DNA from: Rhodospirillaceae bacterium
Lineage (GTDB): Bacteria > Pseudomonadota > Alphaproteobacteria > GCA-2731375
NCBI GenBank assembly: GCA_018701215.1
Contig: JABIWH010000060.1
Coordinates: 41,715 to 105,714 of the forward strand
Length of the DNA: 64,000 bases
Direction of reading: 5' to 3'
Positions 18,598 through 28,315 of the stretch are shown in pieces. Position 1 is the stretch's first letter. Every line of letters starts with the position of its first letter. Position numbers and translations under genes: made by a program. The notes below the pieces were generated by a model. The model was given only the letters and a program-made list of their open reading frames with translations, searched no databases and had not been told where the DNA came from.

Positions 18598-19446
18598 TTA
18601 TGAAACTTCGGTATAGGCGACCTCGCGCCCGATCCTGGCGCCAGCGTCCTGACGGGCCCGAAACTGCGTCATCAAGCGGGCGTGGTTCTCATAAGCCTCC
18701 GGGCTTAGTTCGGCGCCGATCCTTTGTTCGGCGCGGAAATGGCCATGGTCCCGGCCCCGCACCAGCATGGCCGAACCAGAGGGTGTGCCGACATCCAGCA
18801 CATGGGCGGGGATATAGCTGATGCCAAAACCCATGCGCCGATCATCCGCCTGATTGGGACGCGAACAATGGACCAGGTCCGTGTGGTGCAGGGAAATCTC
18901 GCCGGGCTGCAACGCCATGGGCACCCCGACCTCGTCATCGAACCGGCCAAAGATAGCCTGCCCGCGCAGGATCAGGTTGTCCTCGCCGGGATCATCCTGA
19001 TGTGCCAGCTGGCCCAGTTTATGGCTGCCGGGCAGCACATGCATACAGCCCGAGGCAACGCTGGCCTCTGACAGCGCCACCCAGGCCGTGACGTGCAGGG
19101 CGGGGTCGAGGTAGAAGTAGGTGCCGTCCTGATGCCAGAGAATATACTGCGGCGTCTTGGCATCCTTGATCCACATGGTAGCGTGGTAGACCAGAATATC
19201 CGGACCGATCAGGTCCTCCACTGCGTCCAGAATGCCGGCATGGCGAACCAGGCGTTCGGCCCAATCGAACAACAGATAGGATTTTGATTTTTCCGGATAG
19301 TCCAAGGACTTGCCGGTCTTCGCCTCGAATGCCTCGATCTCCCGCCGCGCCTCCGCGACCTCGTCCCTATTCAGAACCGGGATGGGATGGACATAGCCTT
19401 CATCCGCATACTGCTTGATTTGACCGTCCGTCAGGCGTTTGCCCAT
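18598..19446 (-). CDS. Phytanoyl-CoA dioxygenase (PhyH) family oxygenase
   Basis: WHQD, TAWVAL, LPGSH, H...VHCS.PN...RR motifs; start placed at MGKRL. Confidence 0.9.
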   Translation of the reverse strand: MGKRLTDGQIKQYADEGYVHPIPVLNRDEVAEARREIEAFEAKTGKSLDYPEKSKSYLLFDWAERLVRHAGILDAVEDLIGPDILVYHATMWIKDAKTPQYILWHQDGTYFYLDPALHVTAWVALSEASVASGCMHVLPGSHKLGQLAHQDDPGEDNLILRGQAIFGRFDDEVGVPMALQPGEISLHHTDLVHCSRPNQADDRRMGFGISYIPAHVLDVGTPSGSAMLVRGRDHGHFRAEQRIGAELSPEAYENHARLMTQFRARQDAGARIGREVAYTEVS

Positions 19447-19891
19447 GGTGATATTCCCCTCGCTGCACGCTGACGCCATTCTGATATTAGCCGGCATGCC
19501 ATGCAAGGGCCTGATTTTCGGTCACGACTTAAGATTGCTTTGCGTTATGTCCAATGGTAAATTCTCGAACCGAATCAGTTCCTTGTGATTCCCGTGCCGG
19601 GGATCTGCCGGGATTGATTGACTAGTTGGACCGCGTAAAAAAATGCCTGCCGGGCATAATATAAAAAGTGGTGGGACGATCCTGGTAGGTAGCCCGAATT
19701 CTTAACGGGTGGTCCGGTTTCGTAGTTTTCAGTTTGTGTAACGCGTGGCGCCGAATTCGTGATGGACGGGCCGATAGGTATTGGCCGTCCTATGTTTGGT
19801 CGCTGCGTGTGGTATTTGCAGGTCCCAGGCTGGATTAGGCAGTACTTACGACCAGTGTTTCGGGACCATATCGATATCGGGGAGGTATCTT

Positions 19892-21844
19892 ATGGAAGCC
19901 AAAGTTGTATGGCTGTTCGTGTTTGTGGCCCTCTATTGGTGCTATTGCATCTTTTGGGGCGTCAAAAGCGCCATGGCAGCGAAAACCGCGACTGACTATT
20001 TCATCGCCGGCCGCAGATTATCAATTTGGGTCTTTGTTCTGGCAGCGACCGCGACGTCGTTCTCGGGCTGGACCTTCATGGGCCATCCCGGCCTGATCTA
20101 CCGCGACGGATTTCAATACGCCTACGCCTCGTTCTATGCCATCACCATTCCTTTCACGGGCGTGATGTTCCTGAAACGGCAATGGATGTTGGGTAAACGC
20201 TTTGGCTATGTGACACCGGGCGAGATGCTGTCCGACTATTTCCAGGGCGATGCCATTCGTATCCTGGTGGTCCTGGTCGCGCTGCTGTTCTCAATTCCTT
20301 ATCTCGGCGTGCAGCTTGGGGCCTCCGGCTTCCTGTTCAATGTTTTGACCGATGACATGATCTCCAAGGACGTGGGCATGTGGGTGCTTTCGGCAGTGGT
20401 GCTGGTCTATGTGGCGACCGGCGGTCTTAGAGCCGTGGCCTACGTGGATACCCTGCAATGCGTTTTGCTGGCCTTCGGCATCGTATCCATTGGTTTCATT
20501 GCTTATAGCTTCCTGGGCGGCTTCGGCGCCTTCAACGAAGCCATGGGCGCCTTGGGCAAGACCGATATCGGCAAGTGGGGTGCGACACCCGACGGCCATA
20601 ATGCCTATCTGGCCATTCCCGGCGTGATCCAATTCACCGCCGGCCTTGGGGTGGAGACACCAGTTGGCGGTCTATGGACCGGCATGATGTGCCTGACCTA
20701 CATGTTTGCCCTGATGGGCATTCAGTCGGCGCCGGCATTTTCCATGTGGTCCTTCGCCAATACGGATCCCCGTCCGTTCGCACCGCAGCAAGTTTGGGCC
20801 TCGTCTTTCGGCATCGGCCTGATCCTGTTCTTCTTCACCGCCGCGCAAGGCATGGGGGCTCATTTCCTGGGCGCCACTCCGGCCGTGGCGGCGGCGGGCG
20901 GTATCTCTAGCGTGTTGCCGGATCTGACGGCCAACAAGCAAGGCGGTCTGGTGCCCCATTACATCAATCTGATTGGTGATACGGCACCCTGGTTCGTGGG
21001 CCTGTTGGCGGTTTGTGCCCTGGCGGCCATGCAATCAACCGGCGCGGCATATATGTCGACGGCCGGCGGCATGCTGACACGGGATCTGTACAAGCGTTAT
21101 CTGAACCCCGATGCCAGCCATGGCACGCAGAAGATGTTTGGCCGTCTCGGCGTTGCCTTCATCGTGATTTCGGCGTTGTTGGTGGCGACCTATTCGGCGG
21201 ACGCCCTGGTCCTACTGGGCGGTCTGGCGGTGGCCTTTGGTTTCCAGATGTGGCCGTCACTGGCGGCTGTCTGCTGGTTCCCATGGATCACCCGGCAGGG
21301 TGCCACATTGGGCCTGGCGGCCGGTTTGATCGCGGTGATCTTTACCGAGAACTTTGGCCTGAACATTGCCGCGGCTTTCGGTATTGAACTGGCCTGGGGC
21401 CGCTGGCCCTGGACCATGCATTCAGCCGGTTGGGGGATGATCTTCAATTTGGGTATTTGCGTGATCGTCTCGGCCATGACCCAGGATGAAGGCTCCCGTT
21501 CGCACAGAATGGTCTATCACAACTTCCTGCGTGAACATGCTTCCTTGTCAGCCGACAAGAAGAAGCTGGTCCCAATCGCCTGGATCATCACCCTGGCCTG
21601 GCTGTTCTTCGGCGTCGGCCCGGGCGCGGTCATTGGCAACACCATCTTTGGTGCCCCCAACGCGGGCGTCGAGGGCTGGACATTTGGCATCCCATCGATT
21701 TGGGCCTGGCAAATTTTGTTCTGGGCCTTGGGTGTCGCGATGATGTGGTTCCTGGCCTACAAGATGGAAATGTCTTCGGTGCCCAACAAGGAGATCGAGG
21801 TACTGACCGAGGATATCGGCGATACGCAAACGGCGGGATCGTAA
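19892..21844 (+). CDS. Sodium:solute symporter
   Basis: DYFIAGR, ATSFSGWTFMG.PG, GGLRAVA..D motifs; many TM helices; strong GGGGAGG RBS before 19892. Confidence 0.92.
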   Translation: MEAKVVWLFVFVALYWCYCIFWGVKSAMAAKTATDYFIAGRRLSIWVFVLAATATSFSGWTFMGHPGLIYRDGFQYAYASFYAITIPFTGVMFLKRQWMLGKRFGYVTPGEMLSDYFQGDAIRILVVLVALLFSIPYLGVQLGASGFLFNVLTDDMISKDVGMWVLSAVVLVYVATGGLRAVAYVDTLQCVLLAFGIVSIGFIAYSFLGGFGAFNEAMGALGKTDIGKWGATPDGHNAYLAIPGVIQFTAGLGVETPVGGLWTGMMCLTYMFALMGIQSAPAFSMWSFANTDPRPFAPQQVWASSFGIGLILFFFTAAQGMGAHFLGATPAVAAAGGISSVLPDLTANKQGGLVPHYINLIGDTAPWFVGLLAVCALAAMQSTGAAYMSTAGGMLTRDLYKRYLNPDASHGTQKMFGRLGVAFIVISALLVATYSADALVLLGGLAVAFGFQMWPSLAAVCWFPWITRQGATLGLAAGLIAVIFTENFGLNIAAAFGIELAWGRWPWTMHSAGWGMIFNLGICVIVSAMTQDEGSRSHRMVYHNFLREHASLSADKKKLVPIAWIITLAWLFFGVGPGAVIGNTIFGAPNAGVEGWTFGIPSIWAWQILFWALGVAMMWFLAYKMEMSSVPNKEIEVLTEDIGDTQTAGS

Positions 21845-21905
21845 ACCACCAACATCCGGGGCGCGTGAGCCTGTTAAATATTAACGCGTCCCGGATCATT
21901 TTTGC

Positions 21906-21936
21906 GGGGAAGGGCATGGCCCTTCCCCCTTTTTTT
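21906..21936 (+). terminator. Rho-independent terminator after the symporter
   Basis: GGGGAAGGGC-ATG-GCCCTTCCCC followed by C and a T7 run. Confidence 0.85.
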
Positions 21937-21987
21937 CGCTAGCCTGATCCGAGGCAAAGTCTGGTTCCGGATCATTGGGTGGGAAAC

Positions 21988-22230
21988 ATGGAAACAATTT
22001 TTCAGCCGCAATATTGGCTGCTCTGGGGTGCGGCCCTGACCCTGCTGTTGTTTTTTCCCATTCGCAAGATCATCTGGGTGATGTCCGTGCGCCGGGCCCA
22101 GGCCAAGGGTGAAAGCATTGAAGGGGAGGCGCAAAAACGCCTGTTCCGCCGGGCCGGCGTGACGGCCGCCTTGCTCAGTTTTGTTTTTGCAATTTTCTAC
22201 ACAAATTATTTGTTTGGGGCGGGTTCATGA
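21988..22230 (+). CDS. Small two-TM membrane protein
   Basis: Two hydrophobic stretches; ATGA overlap with the TPR gene. Confidence 0.7.
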   Translation: METIFQPQYWLLWGAALTLLLFFPIRKIIWVMSVRRAQAKGESIEGEAQKRLFRRAGVTAALLSFVFAIFYTNYLFGAGS

Positions 22231-22835
22231 ACCCTGCCGTCGTAAAGCGTTTCATCTTCATCATGGTCATTGCCCTGGCCCTGGTCGGCGGCACCAGCAT
22301 TTTCATGGATACATTTTTGAACCGCCCGCCCGGCGACTATGAAACCGAACGGGGCGACATGTATCTCTCAAGCCATGATTATAAAAAGGCGATGGCGAAC
22401 TTCGAAGAGGCGTTGCGCATCAATCCCCATCACCGCGGCGCCCTGATGGGGCGGGCAGTTGTTCTGATCGCCACGGACCATCACGACAGGGCGGTGATGG
22501 AATTGGGTTCCCTGATAAATTTTCTGCAGGAAAACCTACCCGATGACGATGCTACGGGCCAAGGCACCCTGGCTGCCGCCTATGCCAATCTAGGCATCGT
22601 GCATGACCGCAATGGCCGCCACGAACTGGCCCTGAAGAATTATATTGAAGCCTTGAAAGTCGACGAGGGCGCCGTGGACGGACCGGGTCTGATTGACCGT
22701 ATCCTGCATGACCCAAGCCCCTCGACCATCCGCAAGCGGGCCACGTATCTGTATACCGAACTGCAAAAACCCAGCGATCAGCAAGTCCTGAAGCTGCCGG
22801 AGATCGACGCCAAGTCACGGACCTACAAGCCTTAG
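22227..22835 (+). CDS. Membrane-anchored tetratricopeptide repeat protein
   Basis: N-terminal TM; A..NFEEALRINP and AYANLG..H...G....A...Y..AL TPR motifs. Confidence 0.85.
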   Translation: MNPAVVKRFIFIMVIALALVGGTSIFMDTFLNRPPGDYETERGDMYLSSHDYKKAMANFEEALRINPHHRGALMGRAVVLIATDHHDRAVMELGSLINFLQENLPDDDATGQGTLAAAYANLGIVHDRNGRHELALKNYIEALKVDEGAVDGPGLIDRILHDPSPSTIRKRATYLYTELQKPSDQQVLKLPEIDAKSRTYKP

Positions 22836-22909
22836 AGCAATTTTCAATTAATCGGCGTCGCCACCGTAGCTTATTTGGCGCGACGTAAGTAATTGGTTCA
22901 ATTGCTCGA
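22833..22909. repeat. Palindromic MITE/REP-like element
   Basis: GAGCAATT...AATTGCTC outer arms; inner CAATTA/TAATTG and CGTCG/CGACG stems; its first TAG is the TPR stop codon. Confidence 0.55.
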
Positions 22910-22961
22910 TTCTCAAGAGTCTGAGCGCATTTTCTTCGAATGCGATCCCGGGCGCCGCAGC

Positions 22962-23165
22962 TTACGAGAACTTCACCACGCCCAGGACATCCTGAAACAG
23001 AACCAGCATGAAAAACACGGCGGCGATACAGCCGAACAGCAGGCGCACGGAATCGCTCTTGCCATCCTTGTCACGATGACGGATCGCATGCACGGCAATG
23101 GCACCCGTGGCGACCAGAAAAATAATGTTAATAGGGCCTTCCCAGGCGCCGGCAAATTCAAACAT
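22962..23165 (-). CDS. Small two-TM hypothetical protein
   Basis: 67 aa with two clear hydrophobic helices. Confidence 0.6.
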   Translation of the reverse strand: MFEFAGAWEGPINIIFLVATGAIAVHAIRHRDKDGKSDSVRLLFGCIAAVFFMLVLFQDVLGVVKFS

Positions 23166-23250
23166 CGCTAAAGCCTAGCCAAGTTGGCCGGGCAAGACCA
23201 CGTCTTTATTTCAGCCGCCTTTACTTCGACCGCCTCTATTTCGACCGCTT

Positions 23251-23721
23251 CTATTTAGATAGCGGCCCGGTAATTTCACTGCTGCTCAGGCAGGGCGGGA
23301 ATTCGCCCGCGCATTCAGCTGATTGCGAGGCCAAGGCAAAGGCGCCGCCCAGGCTCCCGGCCAGAAAAACCACGGCCGCAAGAAAACCCGTACGCGGGCT
23401 CAGCTTGGTTACGATCGATGCCGGGTCGATATCATAGCGGTGATAATTCGGGTCGTTGTCGTCAAGCTGGCCGGTTTGATCCAGCTGTTCGATCTTGCGC
23501 GCGTACATCAGTGCCCAACCGGGCACTTCGCTACGGATCATGAAGCTGTCGAAAACCGCATCGCCCTCGTCGGCCCGCATATCGCGGCCATGCCAGTGCG
23601 CAAAGGCAAGCTGCAGAAATTGGAACTCGCCAATTTGCAAAAGATTTGCGGCGTTGACGACCATGGTCCGGTTCGGGAATTCATCCCTATCGGGGTTCAA
23701 TAACGTATCGATAAAATTCAT
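23251..23721 (-). CDS. Hypothetical protein with a C-terminal TM helix
   Basis: 156-aa ORF with GAGG upstream and protein-like composition. Confidence 0.7.
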   Translation of the reverse strand: MNFIDTLLNPDRDEFPNRTMVVNAANLLQIGEFQFLQLAFAHWHGRDMRADEGDAVFDSFMIRSEVPGWALMYARKIEQLDQTGQLDDNDPNYHRYDIDPASIVTKLSPRTGFLAAVVFLAGSLGGAFALASQSAECAGEFPPCLSSSEITGPLSK

Positions 23722-23825
23722 AACGTCCTACCTCGTCCCCCACGATGACAGGCAAGTATTGAGGAAGTACCAACAAGCCGGATTTTTCGTCCCTTTCCAA
23801 ATCAATTCTGCATGAGCAAGGCCGC

Positions 23826-23846
23826 TCCCCCGCGATCATGCGGGGA
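23826..23846. terminator. GC hairpin downstream of the atu-like operon
   Basis: CCCCGC-GATCAT-GCGGGG stem about 30 bp past the VOC stop; no clear U tract. Confidence 0.35.
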
Positions 23847-23876
23847 AGTGCTCAGCTCGAACTACTTCGCGCCGTG

Positions 23877-24296
23877 TTAGCGTTTGACGGATTCAACCAT
23901 GACGCCGCTGGCATCCTTTGGATGCACCAGCCAACGGGCCGAGGCGCCTGGTTCCGTCGGGTCGCGCATCAACACGGTCATGCCGCGGCCTTCGAGTTCC
24001 TTGCCACTGCCTTCCACATCCTCGACTTCCAGGCAGACGTGATAGAAGCCCTCGCCGACCGAGGCCAGGCGCTTGGACAAGGCGTTGCTCATGTCGGATT
24101 TGTCCAGCGGCTCCATGATCTCGATGACCATTTCGTCCCAGGTGCCGCCGACCGAGATGAAGACACTGCGAATGCCTTCAACTTCAATTCTGCGGTCTTC
24201 GAATTTCTGGAAACCGAACGATTCCGTCCAAAGCTTGGTGGCGGCGTCCGCATCGTGCACCAAAACGCCAAAGTGACTGATTTTATTCGTGATCAT
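23877..24296 (-). CDS. VOC-family protein (methylmalonyl-CoA epimerase-like)
   Basis: ISHFGVLV, IEIMEP, GEGFYHVCLEVED, VHPK...GVMVE motifs; GGAGGA RBS before MITNK. Confidence 0.85.
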   Translation of the reverse strand: MITNKISHFGVLVHDADAATKLWTESFGFQKFEDRRIEVEGIRSVFISVGGTWDEMVIEIMEPLDKSDMSNALSKRLASVGEGFYHVCLEVEDVEGSGKELEGRGMTVLMRDPTEPGASARWLVHPKDASGVMVESVKR

Positions 24297-24324
24297 TGCT
24301 CTTCCTCCAATTACGGCTTTTTCG

Positions 24325-25125
24325 TTATGACTGTCTGTGGCGCTCACCAGCGGCTGGGGGCGTGCGGGCTGGGCCTGCGAAACATTGCGCCACCGCCATC
24401 CACTTGGTGGCGGTATCGCCCACCACCTTCAGACTGGTATCACCGATATTGCGGCACTGGGTCACCACCTGGCCAAATTCCGCCGCGGCACCTTCGATGT
24501 AGTTGCTATCCGATGGCTCGTTAAACTCCCAAACCTCGCCCGACGGCGCGGTTAGCTTTAAATATGGCCGGTCCTCGGGCACCTCTTCGCCCCGGTTTAT
24601 GAAGGTCCAGCCAAAGGTGTTGTTGCCGATCACCGCGACGTTCTTAATGTGGTCCCTGTCCTGGCGCACCGTACCGAGCACGTCATAAATTGCCTGGGCA
24701 TGGGACCAGGTTTCCATCAACCGGGCGGTGACCGATGACAGCACGCTCATGTCCGGCCCAGCCCATTTCAGGCGTTTCTTTGGGTCCACGCCTTCATAGT
24801 CGCCAATCATGTTTTCGTAGTAGTCATGCCAAAGTTTCAGCAGCGCCTGGCCCCTGACGCCGTCCAGCATACGGTCCGTGTAGGGCACCATTTCCTCGCC
24901 CTTTTCCCCTGCCGCGCGCAGATCCGCCAACAGTTTCAGAATGCCGTCCTCGTCATCCAGGGACAGATGGGCCGCATAGTTGAAATAATGCAGATGCTGC
25001 ATGACATCGTTGATGGTCCAATCCTTGAACAGGGTCTTGCGTTCGAAATCCGCGTCGCTCAAGGGTTTCAGCAGCTCGTATAGCGCGTCGTTTTCCGCCT
25101 TGAAATCCAGGGCCTGTTGCAACAT
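24325..25125 (-). CDS. TIGR03084-like metal-binding protein (MDMPI/DinB-like N-terminus)
   Basis: WTI.D...HL, TARLMETWSH.Q, L.APSG.W, VTQ.R, AQCFAGP motifs. Confidence 0.85.
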   Translation of the reverse strand: MLQQALDFKAENDALYELLKPLSDADFERKTLFKDWTINDVMQHLHYFNYAAHLSLDDEDGILKLLADLRAAGEKGEEMVPYTDRMLDGVRGQALLKLWHDYYENMIGDYEGVDPKKRLKWAGPDMSVLSSVTARLMETWSHAQAIYDVLGTVRQDRDHIKNVAVIGNNTFGWTFINRGEEVPEDRPYLKLTAPSGEVWEFNEPSDSNYIEGAAAEFGQVVTQCRNIGDTSLKVVGDTATKWMAVAQCFAGPARTPPAAGERHRQS

Positions 25126-25149
25126 GACGTCGTCTCCCTCTGTTCCTAT

Positions 25150-26292
25150 CTACGTGCCGACGGCCTTGGACAGCCGTTCATGGGCATTGATAAAATCTTC
25201 CTTGAAATCATAGACCACATTACGCACCGATTGACTGGCATTCATCAAGCCCACGCCCTGACCAACCCAATAGGTGGCCAGATCCTGGGCGCCGCGATGG
25301 CCGCCCTCGGACAGGCGTTCCACCTTGCCCAGGGCCGGTTCGGAAATCAGCGATTGCAATGGCATGGCCAATGGGTCAGGCGCATCCTCGCGCTCCCAGG
25401 CATCGGTCCAGGGGGAACGCAGCTGACGCGAATGCTTGCCCGTGCGGCTGCGGGCGCGGACCGTGTCGGACGAGCTTGCCGCCAGCATCTTTTCCTTCAC
25501 CACCGGCGCGGTTTCAGCTTCCGTCGTGGTCAGCCAGACCGAACCGGTCCACACACCGGAGGCGCCCATGGCCATGCAGGCTGCCATCTGCCGGCCCGTG
25601 ACGATGCCGCCCGCCGCCAGGATGGGCGTATCACCATGGTCCTGAATGGCCTCGAATATTTCCGGCACCAGCACCATGGTCGAAACGGCGCCGCAATGGC
25701 CGCCCGCCTCGCCGCCCGCCACGACCAGAATATCGACCCCCGCCTGCACCTGATTGATGGCGTGGGATTTAGCGCCGACCAATGCCGCCACGGCAACGCC
25801 GTGCTGTTTGCCCAGTTCCATCATCTCCCGCGGCGGCACGCCCAGGGCATTGGCGATCAACTTGATGGGATGGGAAAAAGCAATGTCGAGATGTTTCTTG
25901 GCGCCCTCCAGGGTCAGATTGTCTGAAAAGACCATGGTTTCCCGCCGGGCCGCGTCATCGACGCCTTCGGCATCAATGTCATGGGCCCGCAGGATCTTCT
26001 CGGCGAAGTTCTTGTGTTCGTCAGGCAGCATGGCGATCATGCCGTCCGGGGTCGTATTGTCGCCCTTGCCGATGAACTTATTAGGCACGATCAGATCAAC
26101 GCCGTAGGGCTTGCCATCAATATTTTCATCGATCCAGGTAAGCTCGGCCTCCAGCTGTTCCGGCGTCATGCTGGCCGCGCCCAGAACACCGAAGCCGCCC
26201 GCCTTGCTGACCTCGGCGACCACGTACCGGCTGTGAGTGAAGGCAACGAGGGGGAACTCGATGCCGAGCATTTCGCAAATTCGGCTTTCCAT
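25150..26292 (-). CDS. Nitronate monooxygenase/FabK-family flavoprotein
   Basis: VS.AGGFGVLG, GGEAGGH, LAAGGI..G, GVWTGS motifs. Confidence 0.88.
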   Translation of the reverse strand: MESRICEMLGIEFPLVAFTHSRYVVAEVSKAGGFGVLGAASMTPEQLEAELTWIDENIDGKPYGVDLIVPNKFIGKGDNTTPDGMIAMLPDEHKNFAEKILRAHDIDAEGVDDAARRETMVFSDNLTLEGAKKHLDIAFSHPIKLIANALGVPPREMMELGKQHGVAVAALVGAKSHAINQVQAGVDILVVAGGEAGGHCGAVSTMVLVPEIFEAIQDHGDTPILAAGGIVTGRQMAACMAMGASGVWTGSVWLTTTEAETAPVVKEKMLAASSSDTVRARSRTGKHSRQLRSPWTDAWEREDAPDPLAMPLQSLISEPALGKVERLSEGGHRGAQDLATYWVGQGVGLMNASQSVRNVVYDFKEDFINAHERLSKAVGT

Positions 26293-26295
26293 GAT

Positions 26296-28296
26296 TCAGG
26301 CCTCTTCTTCCATTGCCTCGATTTCAACAAGCAGGTCATCGGCGGCAACCTGGGTACCCGCGACGGCGGGTACGTCTTGTACCGTGCCGTCGATTTCCGC
26401 CAGAATATCGTGCTGCATCTTCATGGCCTCCAGCACGGCGAGGCGGCTGCCGATCCGCACTTCGTCGCCAGGTTTGACAAATACCTCCAGCAGGTTGCCG
26501 TGCATCGGCGCGACCACACGGCCGCCACCCACGGCCTCCTCGGCACTGGCGGCAAAGGCAATGCGGTTGCGGAAATGCAGGCTTTGTCCGGCCACCGACA
26601 GATCAAGCACGCCGGGGCTGGGGGCGGAATACATTACCGCCTCGCGCCGGCCATCGACGGTCAGCCGGGCCGTTGTCTCGCCGCAGTCGATCACCTCTAT
26701 CTGCAATTCGTCTTCGCCATGGTTCACGGTATAGGCGCCGTCACGGCCGGGATTGACCGTCAGATCCATCTCGCTCTCGTCGGATGCGTAGACGTAGCGG
26801 GTCAGCAAATGGCCGCCGCTGGACCAATCCATTAGGCCCGGGCTGACGTTCAGGCTGTTGGCGAAGGCCTGGCGCCGCTCGATGGTGAATTGTACCACCG
26901 CCGCCATCGCCGCCTGGGCAAAGGTGGGCGCGGCAACCGCCAGATCGGCCTCGGTGAACTCATCGCCGATGAAGGCCGTGGTTGCCTCGCCCTTGGCGAA
27001 GGCTTCCCGGCCCAGCACATCGATCAGAAAGCTTCGGTTGGTGGTGGAGCCGAACAGCGCCGTTTCCTTCAAGGCATTGATCAGGCGGTGGCGGGCAATT
27101 TCCCGGCTGTCGCCCCAGGCGATAACCTTGGCCACCATGGGATCATAGAACGGCGAGATTTCCATGCCCGTTTCAATGCCGGCATCAACCCGCACACCCT
27201 CGCCCGTGGCCGGCTGCCACAGATCGATGGCGCCCGTCACGGGCAGGAAGTCCTGGGCCGGGTCCTCGGCATACAGGCGGACCTCGATGGCGTGCCCGTT
27301 CAGGCTGATATCTTCCTGGCTCAATCCCAGGGGACGGCCTTCCGCCACCTGGATTTGCAGGGCGACCAGATCCAGGCCGGTGATCATTTCCGTTACCGGA
27401 TGCTCGACCTGCAGGCGGGTGTTCATTTCCAGGAAATAGAACTCGCCATTGCCATCAAGCAGGAACTCAACAGTGCCGGCGCCGCGATAATCGATACTAC
27501 GGGCGGCTTCCACCGCCGCCGCGCCCATACGGACACGCAGTTCCTCGGTCATAATTGGGCAGGGGGCTTCCTCCACCACCTTTTGATGCCGACGCTGCAC
27601 CGAGCAATCGCGCTCGCCCAGATGGATGACATTGCCAAGGGTATCGGCAAACACCTGCACCTCCACATGGCGCGGTTTAATGATGGCACGCTCCAGGATC
27701 AGCTCGTCGGAACCGAAGGCATTCAAGGCCTCGGAGCGGGCCGCGTTCAAGGCATCGGCGACGCCATCGGCCTTTTCCACCAGGCGCATGCCACGGCCAC
27801 CGCCCCCAGAAGCCGCCTTAACCATCAGGGGAAAGCCGATCTTGCCGGCGGCCTTCATCATGGCCGCGTCCGATTGATCCTCGCCCTCATAGCCTGGCAC
27901 GCAGGGTACATCGGCCTCGATCATGCGGCGTTTGGCCTCGGCCTTATTGCCCATTAGGTTGATGGCATCCGACGTGGGACCAATGAAAACCAGACCGGCT
28001 TTGTCGCAGGCTTCGGCAAAGGCGGCGTTCTCCGACATGAAGCCATAGCCCGGATGCACCGCCTGGGCGCCGCTATCTTTGACGGCCTTCAGAATACGGT
28101 CCATATCCAGATAGGACTCGCCCACCGGCGCCGGGCCGATCAGGACGGCGTCATCGGCCATCCTCACATGGGGCGCCTTGGCATCAGCCTCGGAATAAAC
28201 GGCGATCGCGCGGTAGCCCAGGGCCTGGGCCGTTCGCATTACACGCACCGCGATCTCGCCACGGTTGGCGACCAGAATAGAGTCGAATTTTCTCAT
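26296..28296 (-). CDS. atuF: Acyl-CoA carboxylase alpha subunit (biotin carboxylase + BCCP), geranyl-CoA carboxylase-like
   Basis: ANRGEIA, GGGGRGMR, EMNTRLQVEH, EAMKM; the symbol is inferred from atu context. Confidence 0.8.
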   Translation of the reverse strand: MRKFDSILVANRGEIAVRVMRTAQALGYRAIAVYSEADAKAPHVRMADDAVLIGPAPVGESYLDMDRILKAVKDSGAQAVHPGYGFMSENAAFAEACDKAGLVFIGPTSDAINLMGNKAEAKRRMIEADVPCVPGYEGEDQSDAAMMKAAGKIGFPLMVKAASGGGGRGMRLVEKADGVADALNAARSEALNAFGSDELILERAIIKPRHVEVQVFADTLGNVIHLGERDCSVQRRHQKVVEEAPCPIMTEELRVRMGAAAVEAARSIDYRGAGTVEFLLDGNGEFYFLEMNTRLQVEHPVTEMITGLDLVALQIQVAEGRPLGLSQEDISLNGHAIEVRLYAEDPAQDFLPVTGAIDLWQPATGEGVRVDAGIETGMEISPFYDPMVAKVIAWGDSREIARHRLINALKETALFGSTTNRSFLIDVLGREAFAKGEATTAFIGDEFTEADLAVAAPTFAQAAMAAVVQFTIERRQAFANSLNVSPGLMDWSSGGHLLTRYVYASDESEMDLTVNPGRDGAYTVNHGEDELQIEVIDCGETTARLTVDGRREAVMYSAPSPGVLDLSVAGQSLHFRNRIAFAASAEEAVGGGRVVAPMHGNLLEVFVKPGDEVRIGSRLAVLEAMKMQHDILAEIDGTVQDVPAVAGTQVAADDLLVEIEAMEEEA

Positions 28297-28315
28297 GATA
28301 CTCTTTCTTCTCTAC

